DNA of 64,000 nucleotides from Octopus sinensis (lineage: Eukaryota). A program made the translations under genes and the position numbers. Under the pieces are notes generated by a model. It saw only the letters and a program-made list of their open reading frames with translations. It did no database searches and was not told the DNA's origin. The stretch spans positions 31,186,001-31,250,000 of the forward strand of contig NC_042999.1 in assembly GCF_006345805.1 (NCBI RefSeq), in the 5' to 3' direction. Shown here piece after piece: positions 26,722 through 39,868 of this stretch; the first letter of the stretch is position 1; every line of letters begins with the position of its first letter.

Positions 26722-27127
26722 TTACTCTCTTACTTGTTTCAGCCACTTGACTGCGGCCATGCTGGAGTACCACCTTTAGTCGAGCAAATCGACCCCCAGG
26801 ACTTATTCTTTGTAAGCCTAGTACTTATTCTATCGGTGTCTTTTGCCAAACCGCTAAGTTACGGGGACGTAAACACACCAGCATCGGTTGTCAAGCTTTG
26901 CTGGGGGGACAAACACAGACACACCAACATACACGCACATGCACACACACACACTCACACACACACACATATATATATATATACACGGCGTGCTTTTTCA
27001 GTTTCCGTCTACCAAATCCACTTACAAGTCTTAGGTCGGCCTGAGGCTATAGTAGAAGACACTTGTCCAAGGTGCCACGCGGTGGGACTAAACCCAAGCT
27101 ACTTACCACACAGCCACTCCTGCGCCT
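26722..27127 (-). mobile_element. SINE family B, head-to-tail with the previous copy
   Basis: Full-length match with different private mutations, so an independent insertion. Confidence 0.9.
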
Positions 27128-28040
27128 ATAGCTACTTATCACACACCCACTTATTGTGTAAGCATTTTAAAAATATGACTTGCATTTGAAGACTGTATAT
27201 TATAATATTTAATTTTCTTATCATGATGAAGTATTCTTTATATGTTGATGATAGAATATCTACAACTTCACGTTGTCATTGTAGTGAAGGGTCCTTAACT
27301 TCATGTATGAATGCACACATACGCATACAAACACGCACTTATATAAACGGTAAACATACGCGTTACTTTACACACAAACACACACTTATGTAGCCAAAAT
27401 ATCTACTAGTACTTGTTGACATCTTTAGTTATAATAAAAACAACGTTACATTAATCTGATGAGTTCCTCTAAAAGCTTTGTTGAGTGCAAGCTTATTTTA
27501 CTTCAACCAGTAAAGAAACTGGCCAGGTTAAACATATCGCCTACTTATAATGTTTTATGAACCCCTAAAATAATTGTATTATGCAAATTTAAATCACGCA
27601 AATACTAATGTTTTAAATAATAGACTATATTTTGAAGCTTTGACCTTTACATTATCAAGGCAAAGGATGAAATCCAATAAAACTAGGATTGGAGAGTAGT
27701 TTTGGTTAATTTTATACCTACTTCTCAAAAGGAACACTCCTAAATATTCATACTTGCTTAAATAAAAAAGTTCTAATTACGTAAATAAATTTTAAAGAAA
27801 TATATAACGCAAAATTTAATCAATAAGAATTTCTGCAAAACACTTTTCCATAAAGCTTAATTACCACTTCACTCAAAATCAAATACCCAAAGAAAATTTT
27901 AACTATATAATTCCAAGAATATCTTCAATGCATCGCAGTCGGACGATGTCTTAACTACCCGACTCTTCTAAATTCGTGTCAACAATATACGCGTTTCAGA
28001 ATTTAAAAAAATATACGTGTAAATATTAGGAATACATATC

Positions 28041-28788
28041 GTGGCTGTGTGGTTAAGAGGCTTTCTTCCCCACCATGAAGGGGTTAGGAAGAATCTGAAA
28101 TGATTACAGTTCTCTCATTGGTGGACATATATGAAAACAAAAGTATTTCTTTAAAGATGATTTAATTGCATAAGTGATGCGAGATTAATGCCTGTATAAT
28201 TAACAAATAATTATGTTCTTTTCAATGACAGGCAACGAAATCATGTGACTAATGTAGTTAGTTGTTAATTTAATAAAGGAATCTAAGACTCGTTTTCTTA
28301 TATGTATATTTTTTGAGTGATTTCAATGAAGAAAACAAATGATACAATAAGAAATAATAAAATAAAATATTTTTTTATATCTATATTTAGGAATATGCCC
28401 CATTTTAAAGGAAACACAATTAAAAAATTTAAATCCTGGTTCCTCAGGAACGCGTCTTCTACTATAGCCGCAGGCCAAATAAAATCTTTTGAGTGGAGAT
28501 GGATGTCGGAAACTGAGAGTAGCCAGTTTTGTATGAACATACACACACGTGAGTACACACATTTATGCATGTATGTATCCATACATGTGTTTGTCATCGT
28601 AGACCATGTGACACTGGTGTTGGTTAGTCTACGATCACGTAATGCGGTGGCTTACCAAAAGTGGACGGTAGAATATCTAGTAGGCTTTGGAAAAATACAT
28701 ATTGGGGCCGTGGTTTTCGATTAAACTCTTCAAGGCAGTGTTTTACCATAGTTGCTCTCCAATGACTGAAAGAAGTAAAATATAAAAG
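28041..28788 (+). mobile_element. Old SINE family B interrupted by a 335-bp insert
   Basis: Head at 28041-28085; resumes near 28430 with gtcttctactatagcc; ends aatgactgaaagaagtaaaa. Confidence 0.7.
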
Positions 28789-29560
28789 ATACATACATAC
28801 ATGCATACACACACATATGTATGTGTGCGTGATAGTAAGTGTATGTACTTGTGTGCATATACACGTGTGTGTGTATCAAGCTATTGATCGGTGTATCAAT
28901 CTATAGTATATTTATGAAAAGCAATATCTTTATATAGATGATTTTGCTTCTGTCAGAGCAAAAAATATATTTATAATTGATAACTGCAGTTAAAATTTGC
29001 CTCTCTGAAACATATTTTTCCTAGAATAATGAGAATATTTATTTCCCGATCAAGATTTGAGGAGAGGATGGGAAAATAGACTTCAATAGAGCAAAGCAAC
29101 TATTCCAGAGTTTTTATATTCCAGTGTCCTTACATTGTAGCAATTCTCTCCCAATTAAGCGCGATGAGAGAGATAAATAGAATATACCTAATTTCATTTG
29201 GACTTAATTTTTTGTTCAAATTTATTTCTGAAATGATTACAGTTATCTCATTGGTGGACATTTATGAAAACAAAAGTGTTTCGTTAGAGATGATTTAATT
29301 GCATAAGTGATGCGAGATTAATGCCTATATAATTAACAAATAATTAAGTTCTTTTCAATGACAGGCAACGAAATCATGTGACTAATGTAGTTAGTTTTTA
29401 ATTTAATAAAGGAACCTAAAACTAGTTTTCTGATATACATATTTTTTGAGTGATTTCAATGAAGAAAACAAATGATACAATAAGAAATAATAAAATAAAA
29501 TATTTTTTAAATCTATATTTAGGAATATGCCCCATTTTAAAGGAAAAACAATTAAAAAAT
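28094..29560 (+). repeat. 335-bp direct repeat pair (28094-28428 and 29227-29560)
   Basis: By eye about 94% identical, offset 1133 bp. Confidence 0.95.
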
Positions 29561-29934
29561 AAAAATTGTTTTTTTATTTGGGAAAATGACATTTATTTCA
29601 AGATTGGAAGCAAATTTCTTTGTACTATGAGTTAATCATATCCTCTGTTAAATAGCGTGTGATAGTAGTGGAATGTATTTTTGTCTTTGAATAGTGGGAG
29701 AATACTTGATATGAAGCAGCTAATCTAAGTACTGATTACCTTAAAATTATTCAAAAGGAGGGCGTTAAAACCAAGGAAAATCTGCTACAATGGCAAACAA
29801 AATTATGTCACAAAATTAGTTGCTAATAACTCGTCACTAATACATAGCAATTGAACATTATTACTGTCTAAGAATGCATTTATTCATAATAGTTGAGCAG
29901 TTTGCAGTAACTGAAAAAGACATGTGTGTGTGTG

Positions 29935-29965
<31 letters not shown>

Positions 29966-32053
29966 CAGAGAGAGAGACAGAGAGAGACAGAGAGAGACAG
30001 AGAGATGATATCTTTGAGAATGTATGTGAATATGTTTCTAAGAACGGTGGCTACAACATAAAAGCCATTTGTTTTAAATTCTGCTTTTAGTTCTTGTTGC
30101 GGTCACGACAGTCAGGACTATGGAACAGATAAATAAGTCACATATGCATTGTTATTTAGACACTTCCCTTACAATTACATTCAAAAAGTTTTCGTGCATT
30201 TGTCTGAAATAACCAAAGCGCATGCAGTTTCGACCAACTATGACACCGAATTCGATTGAGAGCGAGAAAAACAAATCGATTTCAGAGTATTGATCAAATT
30301 TGTTAGGTAGAGAACTTTCACCAACACATAGCATAAAGCTAGACAATAGTTAATATCATTATCGACTCTTTTTTACGGTACAGAATCTTGAAATGTTCAA
30401 TAAATGAATAGCGCTGTATCTGTTTAAAGCCAGAAAGGCAAAGCTGTAGTGAAGGAAAGACACAATATATTAGAATTCAATAATATATGAAAGAACATTG
30501 ACTGCTTTAACTGAATCTGGAGGCCGAAGGGTTTAAATGACAAAGACTGGCAGCTGCATCTTGTGACATTGCAATATATCAAATGGAAGAGAGAACTGGT
30601 TATCAGGACGCATTTCAATATCCTTGCAGCATGAACAGAGGAAGCTCAGTCATCTATGCTAATATTATTTCTAGCATAAACTTAATAAATGTTAGTAATA
30701 CTATTATCAACAAAGGAAGCCTCTAAGCATAGTTATGTATGCTGATAATAGCTGCAGGGTAGAGGTGGATTTGAAGGAAGAACTTTTGTTAACAAGCCTT
30801 ATTTCAATAGATATGTAATGAGCTGATATAGCATGTTGACAAAAAAGTCTTGTATATTGTATTAGCAATGCTTAGGGAAGGCTATACAGTTTAACAGGAC
30901 CTGAAATACGGAAGACCTAAGGAGTTGCATGGTATACGTGGGTGGTAGTGTACGAGTCTTCCAGCAGTGCCTGAATATCATTAGTTTCTAACAAGATTCA
31001 CTATAGCGCACCGCATTACTGTTGGACGTGCTGCAGTAGAGCAGTAGTTCGTGAAATAGAGAGAGAGAGAGAGAAGCAGACAATTAGTCATTATTAATGT
31101 GGCAGATGTTTGTGAGAAAGACACAATGCTCACACCGGAGTAAATTTCGTTCGGCTGTAAAAAAAATAATTCTTGCACTAATGGTTGGAGTGATTGATTA
31201 ATTTTTATTGTTTACCTAATTTCTTCGTTGACAGACCTGTAGTATGTAAGTTAGGTACTCGGAGTTATATTTTACCTGGCAGAATAGTTTGTATAAGTTA
31301 GGTTCAATTATAGTTATTGCTGATTTTATACCGGTTGCAGGTATTTAATTTAAAAGGACGAAGCCTATGTCCTTACGTAAAAAATGTGGCTTCTATCGTT
31401 GATCCAGTTATGTGGTTTGGAAGATCCGTGGACTGAAGCAACAAGTATTGCATGTATAAATGAAGAACCTCAGTATTAATTGGCTTATACCTAGTACTAC
31501 TCATTGAAAAGGCAGACATTCACTTAATAGATCGTGACAGCTAGTTGATCTTCTCTAGGCTGAGCCCGGGGGAGAATTTCGGTATGGAAAGGGAAAGTTT
31601 ATAAAAAACAAGAAAAAGTCTCCAGAAATACAGCTACAATGAAAATAATATTTACTTAAGTGAAGGTGAGTGTAAGAATGTTTTTTAGCAAATGTGGAAG
31701 CCGTAATGGTTTCCTTTGATTTTCGTATATGATAAAGTGCTTGTAAATAATGTAACAGGTAAAAGGTTTGTTATTGAAAATGTTTGCTCTTTGTGAGTCA
31801 TTTCAAGTTGTCTAAGTAATACATTGATGAATTGCGACGTGAAATACATAGAGAAAAATCCAGCAATTTTTTTCTCTTAAATATATTTATTTATATTATA
31901 TAAAAGGCATTATTATACATGAAGGCCACACGCTAGGAGGGACTCTTGAATTAAAAACTGCCAAAATATATAAATACATTGTATTTTGGTAGTTTTGACT
32001 ATAAGAGTCCCTCCTAGCGTCTGGCATTTATGTATAGTAATGCCCTCTTTATA

Positions 32054-32084
<31 letters not shown>

Positions 32085-32114
32085 CATGAATATATTTATA
32101 TACGTATATATACT

Positions 32115-32172
<58 letters not shown>

Positions 32173-32186
32173 GTCTATATATATAT

Positions 32187-32736
32187 TTAGTCCTGAAGCA
32201 GCTGTTAGATGATTCAAATATCGATGTGATAAATGTTGACTTTGCAATAGCTTTCGAGAAAGTTGACCATGGCGTGATATGTCACAACCTGCGAAACCTT
32301 GGTATAGCTGGTAAACTTGCAATGTCACTGCATGAGTTCCTAAACAACAGAAGTCAGACAGTTGAAGCCAAAGGTGCACTTTGTAAGGAAAGACAAATTT
32401 CGAGTGGTGTCTCTAAGGGAAATGTCTTAGTGCCGTTACTGTTTATAGTAGCCATTTTAGACATGACCACAGTCAATCAGACAGCTACTGTCACGATCTA
32501 CACCAATTATACACAATTATCACAGGCAACAAAGTATCCTAATGATGTCGTAAACCTGCAGAACAACCTAAATGGAACGTACAATTGGGCAGAGCAAACA
32601 ATATGCAATTTAATGCAGAAAAATTTGAAGCATTGCGCTATAAGAACATAAATGCTCCACAAATGGCAGGTTACAGGACCTGAAAGTACTGCAATCCCAG
32701 CGTCACAAAGAGTGAGAGACTCGGGCATCAGTATGT
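32187..32736 (+). mobile_element. CR1/L2-group LINE reverse transcriptase fragment
   Basis: IDVINVDFAIAFEKVDHG...SGVSKGNVLVPLLF...IYTNYT corresponds to decayed DFAKAFDKV, GVPQGSVLGPLLF and YADDT motifs. Confidence 0.9.
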
Positions 32737-32968
32737 GTTGAAACACATGAAAGAATAATAGAATAAAGGAATATATGTGTGTTTATTCATACATAAATCC
32801 ATACATACATATATACATACATATATATGCATACGCACACACACGCACATAAAAATAATTTTTATATTCCGAAATATTACATCAAAACATGGATGTTTAA
32901 AATATAACAGTTATTATAGTCTATTGTTGTTACTATTGGGCATTGTTGTGCCGTTCAAAACACATTAT

Positions 32969-33027
<59 letters not shown>

Positions 33028-33189
33028 GTGTGTGTATCTACATGCATAAATATATAAATATGTATACGTAAACATATAAATATATATAAATGTGTGTATA
33101 TATATATATATACAAAAATGTGACCTCGTGTGTACCGTTGGCGATTTTTTTCCACTGTCTTCCCTTCTCAGGATCTTTTCTTCTCCTAT

Positions 33190-33224
33190 GTCTCCGACGA
33201 AAAGCTCCGCTCGAAACATTAAAC
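33190..33224 (+). ncRNA. Degenerate minimal HHR-like motif within a repeat
   Basis: GTCT-CCGACGA-A-AAGC-TCC-GCTC-GAAAC-ATT-AAAC: HHR order of elements with several mismatches. Confidence 0.45.
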
Positions 33225-33442
33225 CCTCCGTCTTCCCTTTTTCCTGAGCGTCCAATAATACTATATTTGTTCCACGTCCTCGCGTTGTTGTGTTTTTTGT
33301 GGATTCTTGTTTGGATTAACTATATATATATATATGTTTGTAACTGTTTAAATATATATATATATATGTTTGTATATATGAATGTATATATATATATATA
33401 TATATACATATGTATAAACACACACACATTCACACTCAAACA

Positions 33443-33494
<52 letters not shown>

Positions 33495-33495
<1 letters not shown>

Positions 33496-33648
33496 GATGC
33501 ACTTCATTCAGTTTCCCATTAGCATACTAGCATATCAATACCTAAAGCATTGATCACCTCGACTCTACACAAGAAGACCATTTCCTAAGATGCGACGCAG
33601 TAGGCCTTAATCCTGAATCATGTGGTTGGGAAACACAGCCACGCGTGT
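33495..33648 (-). mobile_element. Decayed family B 5' half
   Basis: gcgacgcagtagg...catgtggttgggaaacacagccacgc. Confidence 0.55.
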
Positions 33649-36159
33649 ACCTTCATGATAACGAATTCAGCTATATTTCTCTTAGGGCCATTGCAGTATT
33701 TCCATACCACAATAAATATGATGGTTTTACTTTTTTATATAAATAAATTAAATATGATTTTTATCTTTATCAATAATAATGCGTATATTGAGACAACAGT
33801 ACTCAAACACCATAATGATATTTCGATGGGTGGTTATTGTATCCCCTTAATAGCAGTTGTATATTTATCTTCGTGTGAGTAAAGATTTCTTAATGATTAA
33901 TCCAAATGACAAAAATAGATTTTGTTAAACTGGTAAGTCGTTTAAGCAGAATATCGAGAATATTTTCTTTCCTAATTGCAATCACTTTCGAAAAATTACA
34001 TCGAAAATATTATGTAGCGGTTAGTAATGGGGACGCAGTAGATGAACTTACATGTTTAGTTATTACAATAGTGTATTTGCTTATGGGCATTGAGGTAATT
34101 CCTTTAAATATAGGATAAATTGTGTTCTCCAGTGAAACGAATAAAAACGTTACATTTATATAAGGTGTTAGTATATTTTTTGATAAGATTTAAAAACCTC
34201 TTGCTACAAATGGAAAGAAATTTGCCGAGTTAGAAATAGTCAACTGCTACATGGGAAGATATAATGAAACTTTGAGAACATGTAAGTTAATATATGTTTA
34301 TAGCTCAATATGAATCTTCTGAACGATTTATTATATTTATTCTTTACGATGTCACAACGTTAGAATGTACCGCTTCGTCTTTCACACATACGTTATGATC
34401 AGTCTTTTGGCAGTGAACAGTAGTCACTGTATTAAGTCGTTGCTACCTTGTAGCACATAAGCACCAACTTGTTTATAGCGTAAATAGTTTCGCTAAATTC
34501 GGTTTATTTTAGTTAATTTTATGCTTTTATTTTTACATATAGCTTATATTTTTTAAAGTCAAAATATTGGTTTGAATATGTTTTCTATAATTAAAGTATG
34601 TATTTAATAGCTACAGGTCTACATAGACTTATTTCTTTACTGTGTTTTACTTATGATAGATATCTGGTAGTTAAAGAGATGTTATTCGTTTGGTTACACG
34701 ATTAGTCCGTTTTAAATGTGTTTTTGTGTTTGTGCCTCAATTAATGTTTCATAAGTCGTGAAGCGGCAATGTTTATTGATTTATATTCTTTAAATAATCT
34801 ATATGTTTACGGTTCTTAGGAGATTATTCTTTGGGTTGGGTTATTCCTTGGGTTATTATTATTTTCAATTTTATGTATTTGCAACGCATATTTTCCGATT
34901 ATGTTTAATAAATTATGTTTACAACGTTTAGTTTGTTTTAATGTTTTGGAGATTTGAAGTTATATAATTCTTTATGTAGTAACGTGTATTTCGGTTATAT
35001 TTTTCTGTTTTTCTATATATTTCAAATATTAGTATGCTCGGTAGCTGTAGATATTTGAAATTTACGTTAGAAATTTTGTGCTTGAATTTGTGACAGTCAG
35101 CATGTGCCGATATAATAAACATACTACGTTTATGTTTGGGTTTGCTCCTGGGTCACATAATTAGCAAGGAGGTTTTATGCTTTTGACAACGTTGGATTAC
35201 AATGTATTGACCAGGTATCTAAAGCAACATGATATCATTTGACACCCGATGATGGGGGATGTATGACTTCGATGTGCGTCTTAAATTCCATATCACGTTG
35301 ACTATGAAATTTTATATTTTATTACAATCTCACTGTTTCGGAGATCGCTTCTCATTGAGATTTCACTTTGATAAGGTTTAAAATTCGTTAGTTAATGGAT
35401 ATTTTATAGGCGTTTTGGTGGGCACACACACCACGCAAGCGCACATACGCGTGCACGTGCAGAGATTTATAATAAAACAATCGGTGTTGATTCAGTTCTG
35501 TCTTCAATGCTGCAGAGAATTTAGATAAATGGACTCTAAATGCTTCCCTCATCATTCACTTAGAAATGAGATTTGACCAACATTTATTTCGATTAACCCT
35601 ATATAGACTGTTCAAGAAGGAATGAGCGTTTACATATATAGTTTCTTACTTCGTTTCAAATAATTTTTGTTGATAGAACAAGGCAAAAACATTCGGGCAG
35701 TTTTTGCTGTTTCGTTTCTTCAGTACACCTGATAACATCTATGTATATGATAATTACAACTAGAGACCCATTAGAGATTAATGCGTTAAAAAGAAGAAAA
35801 AAGATATGGAGAAAAAAACTGACGATCGGTCGAGAAAAGTGGCTATTCAGCCTGGAATAAAATAAAATAGGATAAAATAAAATAAATATATTAAATGAAT
35901 AAATCAGGTCTGCATTAGAAAATGGGATGAGAAAAGAAAAGGTATAACCACAATTCAAGACAGAAAGAAAATAATTGAAGTAGAAATGCAAGCGGTATTC
36001 TATAGGCTAACAAATGATAATGTCAAGACATTCAGTTTATCAAGAAATGCATTTACAATGACAGGTCAGCGGTACTACAAATACCGCCATTTCAAAATTA
36101 CAAGGGAAAACACTCGTAAGTTAATTGCATATATACATAAAATACGTATGTATGTAAAT

Positions 36160-36214
36160 ATATCTTAAAGGATATATACATGTATACACACACACGTGTA
36201 TATGTATGTGTATG

Positions 36215-36263
<49 letters not shown>

Positions 36264-36293
36264 TAATATATATGTATGTATGTATATATATAC

Positions 36294-36332
<39 letters not shown>

Positions 36333-36479
36333 TATTTACGTGTGTCACGAAGTTTCTATATACGTATAAATTACTAGCTATAGATATAGAATTGCTTATA
36401 CGTGTATGTTTGTTTCGAGACAAACCCATAAGCTTAAACTTATAGAAACAAGGATATATATATATATATATTATATATA

Positions 36480-36546
<67 letters not shown>

Positions 36547-36989
36547 ATATATCCATAGACATTTGAATATACATATATATATATAAATTATATATATATT
36601 ATATATATATATATACATTATATATATATATATATATATGTATATAAAGAAGATAATTTTATAAGGATATATATACACATCGCACCGCCAAGCGTATGCA
36701 CACGCAGTAATATACACATATGTATGTTTATAAAAAGATGTAACACACACTGCGGTATATTTACATGTGTATCTATGAAAGTTATAAACATCTTAACCCA
36801 GACACAAATAGGCACACAGCCAAACATACGCTAAGTTATAAACTTCTAGACAGAATTATCTTTTGGAAAATTTAATTACAGAGAACCGCCAAAGGGATGG
36901 AGTTAATTGAAGAAAATAAAGAGATATGAATAATTCAATATACGTGTACACTCTCGATTTACACACACACACACACACACATATGTATA

Positions 36990-37085
<96 letters not shown>

Positions 37086-37290
37086 ATATATATATACATA
37101 TATATATATGTATATATATATAATATTTCTATTATATATATATGTATATATATATATATATAATATACATATATATATATATATTATATTATATATATAT
37201 ATTATATATATATATATCTATATATATATATATATACATTCATATATATATATATATATATACATATATATTGTATATATATAATATACA

Positions 37291-37331
<41 letters not shown>

Positions 37332-37521
37332 CATATATATACATATATACATATATACATATATATACGCATAATAATATTGATACAAATATATATATTT
37401 ATATAAGCAAACGCGTCTGTATATTCATATATACACATACATATATAACAGATACTCATGTAATTGAATGCTCTCTCTATATATATGTATACATATATGT
37501 ATGTGTATGTGTTTGTGTGTG

Positions 37522-37552
<31 letters not shown>

Positions 37553-37588
37553 GTCATTGTTTCTATACCTATCTGTGTATATATAGAC

Positions 37589-37619
<31 letters not shown>

Positions 37620-37650
37620 CTTATATACATATATACATACATATACAAAC
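36160..37650. repeat. Complex (TA)n microsatellite fields
   Basis: Read directly. Confidence 0.93.
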
Positions 37651-37709
37651 ACATTTAAACCTATATAGGTATGAACATGTATTTTAGTTGTGAGTAACAG
37701 CAAACTTAC

Positions 37710-37817
37710 CTTGTATTGTATAGCGTTTTTTCCGTGCTGAGTTTCCGTATGAGATTCGATCTGCTACGCCACATCGAGGTAATTGCATCACCCTTTTTGT
37801 TTCTAAATCTATTTTGC
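37710..37817 (-). CDS. MMP: Internal exon of a matrix metalloproteinase (pro-domain end: cysteine switch plus furin site)
   Basis: Minus strand: ttttttcattctctttcag|108 nt|gtaagt, phase 1-1. Translates (G)KIDLETKRVMQLPRCGVADRISYGNSARKKRYTIQ(G). PRCGVxD is the MMP cysteine switch; RKKR is a furin site before the catalytic domain. Paralogue not assignable. Confidence 0.95.
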
Positions 37818-37898
37818 CTGAAAGAGAATGAAAAAAGTTTAGGATGACAATATAAACAAATTAAACATATCTTTCACTGTTCGCACTTACTTCAAATG

Positions 37899-37945
<47 letters not shown>

Positions 37946-38381
37946 TATTATATATACATATATATATATATAGGTATTGTTGAGAGCTTGAAGATATACA
38001 CATACATACATTCATACATACACATGTGGATATATACAATTATGTTCATACGTTTGTACGTATGTATGTATTCTGCTCGTCTTTACAAGAAATTTTACCT
38101 TTTACTGTTCTGTAATTCTCAATGGAGAATTGACCTTCAAGTTTTTGATCTGTCAGATCATATTCCACATTTGTCTATTACAACTGAAGAATGTATGCAA
38201 GAGTGTGTATATGTATGTCACTATGTATTAATGAATGTATAATGTTTCCGGTTTATTTTAACGTTATATAAAAGTATATATAATATACATATATACGTTC
38301 AATTTTACATTAAACAAATGATGAAAACAGGTGATAGAACAAGCAGGTGTAGTAGGTTATTGCTCGGGAAGAATGGAAATA

Positions 38382-38414
38382 TCTTTTACGTTTCGAGCCT
38401 ACGCTCTTCGACAC
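38382..38414 (-). ncRNA. Degenerate minimal HHR-like motif within a repeat
   Basis: Minus strand GTGTCGA-A-GAGC-GTAG-GCTC-GAAAC-GTA-AAAGA. Stem II is perfect and the ACGT palindrome is present; the 5' core is altered. Confidence 0.45.
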
Positions 38415-39196
38415 AATTAAGAGGAAAAACTTTGAAAAAAGCGAAGAGAAAAAATGTGTAGGAATTAATGGTTTAAAATGATGAAATGGACGAGTCAGAC
38501 AGACATATGGTTTGATAGATCAATTACAGGAATAGGAAACTGATTGAAGGAAATCTTTTAATCAACACTTTTCAGTTGTTTCAATGTATTCTCGTACCTC
38601 TATCAACTGCCGAGATGTGCAGTCAATTAACTTTTACTACTGATGTAGAATGAACCTCCTCGGGTTCCACCTAATCGATACAATAATACTAACTCTAAAG
38701 AATGATATTTTGATATTCCTGAAAATGCTGAAAGTATCTTGAATATAAACACTCTTTTTTTTTCTAAATCTGAGTTACGACTATATCTCCTTTGGAATAT
38801 TGTCAAATAATATGGTAATTTTACAGTCCTGAGTAAATCTACGTTGAAATAATTGTGAAAAATTTGTATGAAGCACTTAATGCCCTTTTTATAGCGATAC
38901 CCCCTTACCTGCAAACAAGATTATTTCCGTTTAACTCGTAAAATGAGCATTGCAAAAACTTTCTAGACCTGATATATTACCACTTTTCTGAGAGCCGTAG
39001 GCATGAGAAGATCTTTAGTAAAGTTTTTCTGAAGATGTTCTAAAGCTGCAGCTCTAAACTGGAAAACGTCATTTCCTTTTAGCAAGAGAAGACAACCACT
39101 ACAGAAAACCACCACAAGAACTCCTAAATTTGTCCACTAGAACGGACGGGCACAGATACCTCAATAGTCCACGAGCCAAAGTACGTCGACGTTCCA

Positions 39197-39206
39197 CCAT
39201 ATAAGG
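39197..39206. promoter_or_regulatory. CArG box (SRF consensus CC[A/T]6GG)
   Basis: CCATATAAGG, in a repeat-free island about 1.4 kb upstream of the MMP exon. Several such 10-mers are expected by chance in AT-rich DNA of this length. Confidence 0.25.
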
Positions 39207-39776
39207 AAACGGGGAGAGAAAAATATAGTGGATTGAGCGAAGTGACTTCAAAAGCAGTTTATACATCCAACACTCTTCGTTTACTCACGTAGACAAAACG
39301 AGAAACAAAGCTAGCTATATCTCGAACCTGAAGGACAGCTGTATAGAATACGCTATAAAGTAGAGTATCGTAGATTGGCCTACAACATATATTAACGGGT
39401 AAAATCTGCATGCTGTATATAGCTAAAAGATGACACCTATTTTCAATCATTGATATTTAATTCTTACTGGGTTGAAAATAGTTTTGCTGACACATTTTAC
39501 ACCGTAAATACTATACAATATGTATGTGTGTATATATATATACACGACAAACATACATAGGTTTTCTAAAGATGAGGAAGAATTTACATGTAGATGTGAA
39601 TAATGCATATTTCTCAAACACTGTGCTCATTAAGCAATTCCGTAAACATATTTCTGTGTATTTTTCATTTTTTTTTTATTATTCTTGTCTTACTTTGAAC
39701 CCGAGAAAGACGGACGTGCTGTTTAAATATTGTTCAATAAACAAAGTCGCTGTGTTTTATTGCAAATCGCATTACA

Positions 39777-39777
39777 A

Positions 39778-39827
<50 letters not shown>

Positions 39828-39868
39828 ATAATAATAATAATAATAATAAAAATAATAATAATAATTTC
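39777..39868. repeat. (ACT)n(AAT)n microsatellite
   Basis: Read directly. Confidence 0.95.

Noticed and set aside
27455-27490. CTGATGAG hammerhead-like core
   Set aside because: No stem II partner or GAAA downstream.
35652-35730. Minus-strand open unit GVLKKRNSKNCPNVFALFYQQKLFET with a GTAAGA donor
   Set aside because: Poor poly-pyrimidine tract and no similarity to the MMP catalytic start.
38099-38174. Minus-strand open phase-1 unit TNVEYDLTDQKLEGQFSIENYRTVK(G) as the exon before the MMP exon
   Set aside because: Weak splice sites and no resemblance to the expected AIxxFQxFAGLxxTG segment.
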